Of a DNA stretch of 64,000 bases, positions 1 to 8,270 are shown one piece after another. The notes beneath the pieces are model-generated. The model saw only the letters and a list, made by a program, of their open reading frames with translations, was not told the origin of the DNA and ran no database searches. Every line of letters starts with the position of its first letter. The first letter of the stretch is position 1. This stretch comes from a bacterium. Lineage in GTDB: Bacteria > Electryoneota > Electryoneia > Electryoneales > Electryoneaceae. The DNA lies in the NCBI GenBank assembly GCA_963675295.2, contig CAXXKJ010000002.1, forward strand, positions 3,712,001 to 3,776,000, in the 5' to 3' direction. The translations under genes and the position numbers were made by a program.

Positions 1-560
1 ACCCGGAACGGAATGTTGCTGATTCTGATTTGTTGTCCGAGTGGATCAACATCCGGGAACAACTCATCTACCACTGACTGCCCGATCAGCGCCACTCTGG
101 CTTTTGTTGCCAGATGCTCGTCATTGAAGAATTCGCCACGGGTGACCCCTCGATTCCATACCTCTTCAGCTCGTGGTGAGTGACCGAGAATCCGAAGCCT
201 TGCGCTTAGATCTTTGTACTTCACCTCTTGTTCGGGAATCATTTCCATCGGATCCCAGACTGCAATCTCCGGAATCATTTCGGCGAGTGCTTCCAGATCA
301 GCGATTGTCAGTGATGTAACCTGACTCCCGCTTTCCGGGCGTCCCATCATGCGACTGCCACCCGCACTGATCATGATGGATCTGGCATCAAACACCTTTT
401 CAATATTGTGCATGACTTTTTCTTGTGTCCCGCGTCCTATTGAAAAGACTACGGTCATAGCCGAGATACCGACCAGGATCCCCAGCAGCATGAAGAAAGT
501 CCGCACCTTGAAGCGGGCCATCACGCGAAAACCACTTTTTATAACTCGACCGACCTTCAC
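1..560 (-). CDS. MacB/FtsX-like ABC transporter permease (5' part; runs off the window edge)
   Basis: Manual translation from GTG at 560: MKVGRVIKSGFRVMARFKVRTFFMLLGILVGISAMTVVFSIGRG...VTRGEFF...ARVALIG...PLGQQIRI. This is a typical MacB periplasmic-core N-terminus, directly downstream of the ATPase. Confidence 0.88.
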   Translation of the reverse strand, partial: MKVGRVIKSGFRVMARFKVRTFFMLLGILVGISAMTVVFSIGRGTQEKVMHNIEKVFDARSIMISAGGSRMMGRPESGSQVTSLTIADLEALAEMIPEIAVWDPMEMIPEQEVKYKDLSARLRILGHSPRAEEVWNRGVTRGEFFNDEHLATKARVALIGQSVVDELFPDVDPLGQQIRISNIPFR

Positions 561-573
561 TCGGACCTACCCC

Positions 574-1299
574 CTATTCATCCTGCCCGGACAGATCTCG
601 AAGCATATTCTCCGAATTTCTGGAGACTTCGACCTCATCGTCTGACACAACCCGTCCGTCTGTCAAACGGATGACTCGTTGTGTATGCTGGGCGAGTTGG
701 AGATCATGAGTTACCAGTATGATCGTCTTACCTTGATCATTCAGCTTCTTGAAAATTGTCATGATTTCCAGACCTGCATGTGTGTCCAGGTTCCCCGTCG
801 GTTCATCCGCGAGGATAACATCGGGCTCATTGACCAGCGCACGCGCAATTGCGACCCGCTGCTGCTCACCCCCCGATAACTCGCTGGGATGATGGCTCAT
901 ACGATCCTGTAACCCAACGGCGGTCAGGGCTTGTTGCGCGGCTGACCTCAAGTCACTCCGATCTGAATAAACCAGGGGCAGTTCGACATTCTCGATCGCG
1001 CTTGTGCGTGGTAACAGATGGAACGACTGAAAGACAAATCCAATCTGTTTGTTTCGAATTGATGCCAGTTCATCGACGGTCAATTGGCTGACCAGTTTTC
1101 CGTCAAGTGTGTACGAACCACTTGATGGCTGATCGAGCAGTCCGATGACGTTCATCAGCGTCGACTTCCCCGATCCTGATGGACCAACAATGGCCGTAAA
1201 TTCACCAGCCTGAATCGTCAGGTTCACATTATCCAGAGCGTGAACCTGCTTGTTCGAGCTGGTCTCGTAAATCTTGCAGATATCTTGTAGATGAATCAT
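574..1299 (-). CDS. ABC transporter ATP-binding protein (LolD/MacB-type)
   Basis: Walker [10 protein letters not shown], signature LSGGEQQR, Walker [13 protein letters not shown]-loop VTHD. Confidence 0.95.
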   Translation of the reverse strand: MIHLQDICKIYETSSNKQVHALDNVNLTIQAGEFTAIVGPSGSGKSTLMNVIGLLDQPSSGSYTLDGKLVSQLTVDELASIRNKQIGFVFQSFHLLPRTSAIENVELPLVYSDRSDLRSAAQQALTAVGLQDRMSHHPSELSGGEQQRVAIARALVNEPDVILADEPTGNLDTHAGLEIMTIFKKLNDQGKTIILVTHDLQLAQHTQRVIRLTDGRVVSDDEVEVSRNSENMLRDLSGQDE

Positions 1300-2354
1300 C
1301 GCTCGAGAATCCAGACCGTATCACCTTCGGAAAGTCCTTCCAGAATCTCAGTGTGGGTTGCATCCCGCCATCCCACACGAACCTGTCTCTCCACCAGTTG
1401 CCCATTTTCTTGAGTATTCACGACATATCGTCCCCGGTCACGCCGCACTGCCTCACGCGACACCGCAAGAGTGTTTTCGTGTGTTTCAAGCTGAATTGTG
1501 ACGTTAGCTGTCATTTCCGGACGTAAGCTTTTGCCTTGCCGGTCTTCAATCTGGATAATCACAACGTAGTTGACAACCGTGTTCTGGATGACGGCATTCG
1601 GATAAATTGCGACGACAGTGCCCTTGAAATCAGTTTCAGGGTAGGTGTCGATCCTAAAGGTCGCTTTCTGGTCCTGGTCAATCCTTCCAATGTCGGTTTC
1701 ATCAACGTAGGCCCATAACTCAAGCTTGTTCAGATTGATGATGGTCACGAATGTTGGTGTGGAAAAACTGGCAGCGACCGTTTCACCTTCCTGCGTTGAA
1801 ACGGTTGCAACTACCCCTGCGATCGGGGCAAGGATTCGGGTGTATGTCAGCTGAGTCTCAACGTAATTGACATCAGCAACCGCCTGTTCCACCCTCAGCT
1901 GGTTTAACCGGTGGTTTTTTTCGGCCTGTTCCAAGTCGTCATCGGAGAGCAGATTCTTTTCTGCCAGTGTCCGTTTCCGATTGATGTTTAGTTCTGAAAA
2001 CTCGAGTTCCGCTCGAGCAATTTCCAACGCGGCTTCAGCTTTAAACAGATTGGCCTGCAATGCATCATCATCGAGCTCAGCGAGCAATTGACCCTGTTCG
2101 ACATAGTCGCCAATGCCCACATAGAGATGCTCGACCATGCCTGAGCTACGTGATCCCACACGTACTTCGGCACCGACCATGGGCTTGATGACTCCGGTCG
2201 CCAGAACAGAGGAACTGATATCTTTGCGTATCACAGTGGAGGAGGTCAGTCCTGGGGAGTTTTCCGAATTCGAATCAGGCAGCAGCTTAACGACAAGGAC
2301 ACCCGCTACTGCGCCAACCACGATGAGTAGCACCGCCAGCATCAGCCGTTTCAC
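1296..2354 (-). CDS. MacA-like periplasmic adaptor (membrane fusion protein)
   Basis: N-terminal TM anchor; ATGVIKP..EVRVGSRSSG..V.IGDYVEQGQLLAELD lipoyl half-motif, coiled hairpin, ILAPIAGVV, VDETDIG, LRPEMTA. 4-bp overlap with the ATPase gene. Confidence 0.92.
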   Translation of the reverse strand: MKRLMLAVLLIVVGAVAGVLVVKLLPDSNSENSPGLTSSTVIRKDISSSVLATGVIKPMVGAEVRVGSRSSGMVEHLYVGIGDYVEQGQLLAELDDDALQANLFKAEAALEIARAELEFSELNINRKRTLAEKNLLSDDDLEQAEKNHRLNQLRVEQAVADVNYVETQLTYTRILAPIAGVVATVSTQEGETVAASFSTPTFVTIINLNKLELWAYVDETDIGRIDQDQKATFRIDTYPETDFKGTVVAIYPNAVIQNTVVNYVVIIQIEDRQGKSLRPEMTANVTIQLETHENTLAVSREAVRRDRGRYVVNTQENGQLVERQVRVGWRDATHTEILEGLSEGDTVWILER

Positions 2355-2520
2355 CTTACGTACTCCGTAAAATGTAGGAAACGTGCAGAAGCAAGGTACG
2401 ATATTTTCTCAGGCGAATCTGCCTTCTATCCAATCCAATTTGTTGCGCAGAAAAACCTGAAAAACAGAAATCACATATTGAGGGTTGCTGATTTCTGAAT
2501 ATAGTACTAAATTGCATCCC

Positions 2521-3000
2521 ATGACACAGCTGGAACCAGCCTGTTTGATCAACATAGCGCTGGCATTTCTAGCCTTGGCGCTCTACATCTTCGGAAGCCG
2601 ACGATTCTACCTCGACCAGCACCCATTTCGAATGTACCTCATTGCGGCCGTTCTGATAGACGGATTAACCGCAACACTGGCCTCATTCGGCATTACGCCG
2701 ACGACCGAACTACCCTACTCTGATTTTGTGCCGTGGCGCAGTCCATTATTCCTTGCCCATATATTGCTGGCGATGATCGGATTTATTGGCTTCATCATAA
2801 TTATCGTGATGCTGTTGATCAAAGGCGTTCATCGACCCTATAGACGGTTAAGGATATTTCAATACAGAGTCTTGCTGCCCATTTGGGTTGTCGGCGAAGG
2901 CATTGCTCTTACAAACTCATTGACAAAAGTTCTGTTCAAAATTCGAGTCTATGATTATGTCGATTTATTTATCGTTGATCGATTGTTGTTTTTTGTTTGA
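2521..3000 (+). CDS. Hypothetical membrane protein (about 4 TM helices; loosely DUF420-like)
   Basis: ORF 2485..3000 with a likely ATG at 2521; four hydrophobic segments and a LAHILLA motif. Confidence 0.6.
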   Translation: MTQLEPACLINIALAFLALALYIFGSRRFYLDQHPFRMYLIAAVLIDGLTATLASFGITPTTELPYSDFVPWRSPLFLAHILLAMIGFIGFIIIIVMLLIKGVHRPYRRLRIFQYRVLLPIWVVGEGIALTNSLTKVLFKIRVYDYVDLFIVDRLLFFV

Positions 3001-3291
3001 TTTTCATTACCCATCGGTTTTCATTTTCTTACCAATCGTTGTTAACTCACAACAAAGAGAGACCAAACGTGTTTGATTCATGGTAGATCAGGGTCGGCCA
3101 CTTCGGACTTTTCTGGGGTTAACAGAGGAACAATCTACACTTCCAGTATTCCGAGTCACTCTCAGCAGCATTGGACTCCATATGCCGCCGGGTCATGGTG
3201 TCAAACGGCGTCTACTTCCCCATTATCACTGAGCATGTGCTATATTTCATCCTCGTAGACGGGTCCAATCCGATTGTCGTTTGAGGTTGAA

Positions 3292-4659
3292 ATGTTGCGT
3301 CGTACCCTGCTTGCACTGCTCGCGCTGGTTTTTGTGGTCCTGATCAATCAGATCCCGGTAAATGCCCAACCTGTGATCGCTCCGAGCCAGTTTTGGTTTA
3401 CGTCCGGCGACGAGGACGTCTACATCCCCTTCGCCGCCAGCAGGAATTTCGTTGATTCCACGGTGACCGACATCGACCGCGCGGTGCTGGTGTTTCACCA
3501 CGGGGAGCGGGACGCGATGGACGTCTACAACATCGTCACCGGCGCGGTCGCGATGTCGTTCGCGGAGGATCGGGTGCTTACCATTGCGCCGCAGTTGCTC
3601 AGCCCGCAGTTGCTGATCGACAACCCGGATCTCGATCCCGGCGCGTTGGCATGGGACGGCGACTGGTTTTACAGCGGCGAGAGCATCAATACTGACCTGC
3701 CGCCAACGCGCTCGTTCGTGCCGATCGAGGAGATGGCGACCGCGGTCGCTGATGCGTGTCCGAACCTGGAAGTGCTGGTCTTCACCGGCCATGCGGGCGG
3801 GGCGAAGCTTGTCGAGCGGCTGGCGTTGATCAGCACCTGGGCCGATGAGTACCCGGACCTGAAGGTGCTGTACCATTTCGGCAACAGCGGCGGGTACGCG
3901 TACCTCAGTGAAGAACGATACGACACCGACGCGCAGCAGTGGCTCACCCCCGCCACCGGCCTCGACACCACCGGCTGCGTCAACTATGACAACTGGCCGT
4001 TCGGTCTCGAGAACTTCGACAATCCGCAGGAGATGATCGACCGCTACGAAAGCCGGCACGTGGCGATGATGATCGCGTTGCAGGACACCTCGATCCGTGG
4101 TGTCACCTGCCAGATGCTGCTGCAGACTCCGGACGAGAGCCGGTTGCAGATGGCCGATCTGTACTGGGAACACACGCAGCACGTGTACGGCGGCGTGCCG
4201 GAAAAGCACATTTACATCCCGCTGCAGGGTGTCGGGCATGTGGTCAGCAACTACTATCGCAACATCAACACCCGCCACATTCTGGTTAATTATCTGCAGA
4301 ACCACATGGCGATCTCGATCGCGGAAGATGATCCGATGATTGTCCCGGCGGAGGGGGGCTCATTCCAGTTTGCCGCCTGGGTGTTTAACGCATCGTACAA
4401 CCCGATCCACGTGGACGCGTGGACCGAGATCATCATGCCCAGCGGCTACCGCATCCGGCCGGTCCACTTCATCACGGTCAACATTCCCGGCGGAGAAGGG
4501 TTGCGTTCGCCGAGCGGCCTCACCGTTGACGTTCCCCCCGGCGCTCCGCCCGGGATCTACACGCACGTCACCAAGTTCGGCAACTATCCAGCCCGTGTGC
4601 TCGCGCAGCACCGCTTCGAGTTCGCGAAAGCCCCGGCGGAATCGGACGCAACCCGGTGA
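3292..4659 (+). CDS. Secreted alpha/beta-hydrolase-like protein with C-terminal shared Ig-like module
   Basis: GAGGT RBS before ATG 3292; signal peptide; AVLVFHHG, IAPQLL, elbow-like FTGHAGG, QGVGH; C-terminal 'VPAEGGSFQF...WT...PSG...VPPGAPPGIY' module. Confidence 0.75.
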   Translation: MLRRTLLALLALVFVVLINQIPVNAQPVIAPSQFWFTSGDEDVYIPFAASRNFVDSTVTDIDRAVLVFHHGERDAMDVYNIVTGAVAMSFAEDRVLTIAPQLLSPQLLIDNPDLDPGALAWDGDWFYSGESINTDLPPTRSFVPIEEMATAVADACPNLEVLVFTGHAGGAKLVERLALISTWADEYPDLKVLYHFGNSGGYAYLSEERYDTDAQQWLTPATGLDTTGCVNYDNWPFGLENFDNPQEMIDRYESRHVAMMIALQDTSIRGVTCQMLLQTPDESRLQMADLYWEHTQHVYGGVPEKHIYIPLQGVGHVVSNYYRNINTRHILVNYLQNHMAISIAEDDPMIVPAEGGSFQFAAWVFNASYNPIHVDAWTEIIMPSGYRIRPVHFITVNIPGGEGLRSPSGLTVDVPPGAPPGIYTHVTKFGNYPARVLAQHRFEFAKAPAESDATR

Positions 4660-4746
4660 ATCATCCCAAGTTTTACCCGCCTGCTTGTCCTCTTGGCCAG
4701 GCGGGTGTAGTCGTGTAGCGCGGCATCCCCTGACATCGGGGCCCCA

Positions 4747-4772
4747 TTACCACGGACTTAAGTCCGTGGTAA
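4747..4772. repeat. Perfect 26-bp palindrome (REP/IS200-IS605-end-like)
   Basis: TTACCACGGACTTAAGTCCGTGGTAA is its own reverse complement. Confidence 0.7.
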
Positions 4773-4810
4773 GCGGATCTGGTGACCTCAACCCATCGCC
4801 TATCGCCCAT

Positions 4811-4857
4811 AGCCTGCAGTCCGTAGTCAGCCGACCGCAGCCCGTAGTCCGCAGCCC
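4811..4857. repeat. Degenerate heptamer tandem array (CCGCAGC/CCGTAGT type)
   Basis: agcctgcagtccgtagtcagccgaccgcagcccgtagtccgcagccc; close to the reverse complement of the array at 34851-34883. Confidence 0.6.
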
Positions 4858-4983
4858 GATAATGTCTCACTTTTTCTCTGGAATCCGGGGATTGAGTCGT
4901 GCTTCGGGAACCACGCCGGGGTATTTTCAGACCCCGGGGTTGACCTTCGGGTTTATCGTGGTTTTCCACCGTCGAGGTTCAAG

Positions 4984-7900
4984 ATGTACGGATATCGTTG
5001 GCTGTCTCGTGTAACGTTGCTGGTTCTCGTCGTTGTTTTCGCTCATTCGGCCTCCGCCCAGTCGGTCTGGTGGACACCGGTCACGCCGGACCCGGGCGAT
5101 CCGGTGACGATCTATTACGACCAGAACGAGGGCACCATCCCCAGCGGCACGATCAAGCTGCACTGGGGGATCGACGGGTGGACCACCCCGCCGTTCGCGA
5201 TGTGGCCGCCAAACACGTTGCCCGCCGGCGGGGGTGCGGTGCAGACGGTGATGCTTGACGAGGGTAACGGCCTCTGGTCGTTAACGATCGCCACGCAGGC
5301 GACCACCGAAACGCTCGATTTCGTCTTCACCAACGGCGTCCTGTGGGACGACCATTTCGGCCATGACTGGCACATCTACCCGGGCGACCCGACGCCCCAC
5401 CCGGTGATGCTGAGCGAAGCGTACACCACCCTCCAGGACTACAAGCAGATTTACGGCGAGGTCGCCGAGCAGGCGACCACGATGAAACTGATCCACACCT
5501 GGTCCACCGGCACGACGCAGTACAACATCGGTCCGGCTACGGGCGTGTTCGACTACGCGCCGCTGCTGCGGGACGGCGACAACGTCTTCCAGTGGGTCGG
5601 CAACAACACCGGCGAATCGGACGAGGTGATCATCCACAAGACCGTGCCGCAGGACCCGGAAGCGGTGATGAGTGTCAACGAGTTCGGTGGCACGATTTAC
5701 CTCGACGCCGACGAGAGCTGGGACCCGCAAAGTCAGACGCTGCAGTACCTGTGGACGCAGGAGACGACGAATCCGCAGTTTGTCAGCCTCGCCGGTGCGA
5801 ACAGCGCGAACGCGTCCTTCCCGGTGCCACAAACACCGGGTACCTATGTCTTCAACCTGCGTCTCGAGGACACCGACGGCAACGTCACCCACGCCCAAAC
5901 CCTGGCGGAAGTGTATGCGGACGGCAGCGTGGACCCGTTCGAGCTGTGGAAGACTGCCGAGTGGATTCGTGAGGCGGTGGTCTACGAGATCTACCCGCGT
6001 TCGTATGACGCGAGCGTGCAACTCAGCGCGATCACCAGCGACATGGCCCGTTTGCAGGCGCTGGGAGTATCGTGCATCTGGCTGATGCCGATTTTCGAAG
6101 GGCCGACGTGGCACGGCTATGCGGTCACCGACTACTACTTGATCGAGCAGGATTACGGCGACCTCGACGACTTTAAGCAACTTGTCGACACCGCGCACGA
6201 TCACGGTATCAAGGTGATGCTTGACCTCGTCATCAACCATACCGACGTCACCCACCCGTGGATGCAGGACGCGCAGGCGAAGGGTGTCTTTTCCAACACG
6301 TACGACTGGTACGACCGTGACCAGAACGGCAACTACACCTACTACTACGACTGGGTCACGTTGCCAAATCTGAACTACTGGAATCCGGACGTGCGCAACT
6401 ACATGATCGAGATGAGCAAGTACTGGGTGACGGAAACGGATGTCGATGGATTCCGTTGCGATGCCGCGTGGGGTGTGCAGGCCCGTTACGGCCAGTTCTG
6501 GGCGGACTGGCGTGCCGAGTTGAAGACGCTCAAGCCTGACCTGTACCTGCTCGCTGAAGCGCCGATGTCCGATTTCAGCATCCTCTGGGACCGTTTCGAT
6601 TCGGCGATGGACTGGCAGCTGTACTTCGATCCGAACGGCTTCGACCAGCTGTTTTCGAACTCGACGCCGTCCGGGTTGCACGACCGCATCTCGAATTACG
6701 GGACCGACTGGCCGGACTACAAGTTTCCCTTCCGTTTCATCGAAAATCATGATGAAGACCGCTACATCTCACTGAAAACGCCGGAACAGACCAAGACTGC
6801 CGCGACCTTGCTGTTGACCATTCCCGGTGTGCCGATGCTATACGCGGGGCAGGAAGTCGGCGAAGAAACGCTGCGCGATCCGATCCAGTGGAATGACGAT
6901 CCGTACGGCATGTACGAGCACTATGAAACGTTGCTCTGGGCGCGGAACAACCTCAAGGCGATGACCGGCGATTACGAGTGGTACCTGTCGAATTCGTCTG
7001 GAAATAACGTCTTCAGTTACGCACGCTACTGGCCGGGCGAGGCGATCCCGATCATGACGCTGAACCTGAGCAACTCGTTTCACTACACCGTGGTGCCGTT
7101 GCCAACCGGCGACTGGGACATCGATCCAAGCACGACCTACATCCTCACCGAACTGTTCAGCGGCGACAGCTGGCAGGTCACCGGCGCGGACATGGTGCAG
7201 CTCGAAACCGGGCTCGATCCATACCAGAGCAAGCTGTTCGTGCTCTCCGACCAGATTGAGGGCCCGGGCACGGTCAGCCTCAGCCTCGTGCCGCAGAACA
7301 CCCTCTTTCCCGCCACCGGTGGCGTGTTGAATTACGGCGCGGTGATCACCAACCACACCGGCGCGCCGTTGCAACGGCAGGCGTGGACCAACGTCACCCT
7401 GCCCAACGGCAACACCATCGGCCCGTTGATGCTCGCCGGGGTGAATTTGCCCTCGGGCACGATCAACCCGTCCGGTCTGACGCAAACCGTGCCGCCGATG
7501 GCGCCGTCCGGGCAGTACCAGTTCATCGGGACCATCGGCCTCTTCAATCCGTACAATCCGGAGACGACCGACTCGTTCGGCTTCTACAAGCAATCGGCAG
7601 CGACGGTCACCGCGACGAAACGGGGTACCGTGGACGCGCTCGACCTCGCGAACTGGCCGGGGTCGGACTGGGGACTGGGCGGTGAGAATCCCGGCTTGAC
7701 CAGCAAGTCGGGCCAGACGGAACCCGCAGACGCCAACGCTTCGGAACAAACGGGCCTTCCCACCGAATTCGCCCTTGCAGCGGTGTATCCGAACCCGTTC
7801 AATGCGATGACGACGGTCCGTGTCGCGTTGCCGGAAACGGCGGAGCTGAGCGTGGTGGTGTACAACGTGACCGGCCAACGTGTCGCGACTCTGGCGGCTG

Positions 7901-8028
7901 GATCGTACGACGCTGGCCTGCATGCACTGAGCTTCGACGCGTCGAATCTAGCTTCGGGCTTGTACTTCGTCCGGGCAACGGTGCCTGGCGAGCTTAGCGA
8001 GATGCGAAAGGTGGTGTTGATACAATAG
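4984..8028 (+). CDS. Secreted GH13 alpha-amylase-family enzyme with N-terminal CBM-like and PKD-like domains, shared module and T9SS-A-like C-terminal tail
   Basis: VVYEIYPRS, IWLMPIF, HGY, DLVINH, DGFRCDAA (nucleophile), LLAE, IENHDEDR, PGVPMLYAGQE; tail YPNPFN...ASGLYFVR...KVVLIQ. Confidence 0.93.
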   Translation: MYGYRWLSRVTLLVLVVVFAHSASAQSVWWTPVTPDPGDPVTIYYDQNEGTIPSGTIKLHWGIDGWTTPPFAMWPPNTLPAGGGAVQTVMLDEGNGLWSLTIATQATTETLDFVFTNGVLWDDHFGHDWHIYPGDPTPHPVMLSEAYTTLQDYKQIYGEVAEQATTMKLIHTWSTGTTQYNIGPATGVFDYAPLLRDGDNVFQWVGNNTGESDEVIIHKTVPQDPEAVMSVNEFGGTIYLDADESWDPQSQTLQYLWTQETTNPQFVSLAGANSANASFPVPQTPGTYVFNLRLEDTDGNVTHAQTLAEVYADGSVDPFELWKTAEWIREAVVYEIYPRSYDASVQLSAITSDMARLQALGVSCIWLMPIFEGPTWHGYAVTDYYLIEQDYGDLDDFKQLVDTAHDHGIKVMLDLVINHTDVTHPWMQDAQAKGVFSNTYDWYDRDQNGNYTYYYDWVTLPNLNYWNPDVRNYMIEMSKYWVTETDVDGFRCDAAWGVQARYGQFWADWRAELKTLKPDLYLLAEAPMSDFSILWDRFDSAMDWQLYFDPNGFDQLFSNSTPSGLHDRISNYGTDWPDYKFPFRFIENHDEDRYISLKTPEQTKTAATLLLTIPGVPMLYAGQEVGEETLRDPIQWNDDPYGMYEHYETLLWARNNLKAMTGDYEWYLSNSSGNNVFSYARYWPGEAIPIMTLNLSNSFHYTVVPLPTGDWDIDPSTTYILTELFSGDSWQVTGADMVQLETGLDPYQSKLFVLSDQIEGPGTVSLSLVPQNTLFPATGGVLNYGAVITNHTGAPLQRQAWTNVTLPNGNTIGPLMLAGVNLPSGTINPSGLTQTVPPMAPSGQYQFIGTIGLFNPYNPETTDSFGFYKQSAATVTATKRGTVDALDLANWPGSDWGLGGENPGLTSKSGQTEPADANASEQTGLPTEFALAAVYPNPFNAMTTVRVALPETAELSVVVYNVTGQRVATLAAGSYDAGLHALSFDASNLASGLYFVRATVPGELSEMRKVVLIQ
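7783..7988 (+). repeat. 206-bp direct repeat, copy 1 (secretion-tail coding sequence)
   Basis: Manual codon alignment to 10551-10756 gives 20 mismatches in 206 nt with no gaps. Confidence 0.9.
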
Positions 8029-8254
8029 AACAATTTTAATTCGCGTGCGCACCCTTTGTACCGGCAAGTGCCTTCAAAAACATATAAAATCAGGATCTAC
8101 GATAAATACGTTCGGCTTTAAGCTGCTTTAGTTTTCTCCGAGAGTCTTTTTGCTGACCTCCACCAGGAAGAAAAAGCTTGACGCAATCTACATTTTTGCT
8201 CATCTTCACATACCAAAAACAAAGATGTATTGTGAAATTGATCTTTACGACTCA

Positions 8255-8265
8255 GGGGGGGGGGG
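8255..8265 (+). repeat. G11 homopolymer at the RBS position of the LVIVD gene
   Basis: ctca-GGGGGGGGGGG-atttc-ATG(8271). Confidence 0.8.
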
Positions 8266-8270
8266 ATTTC

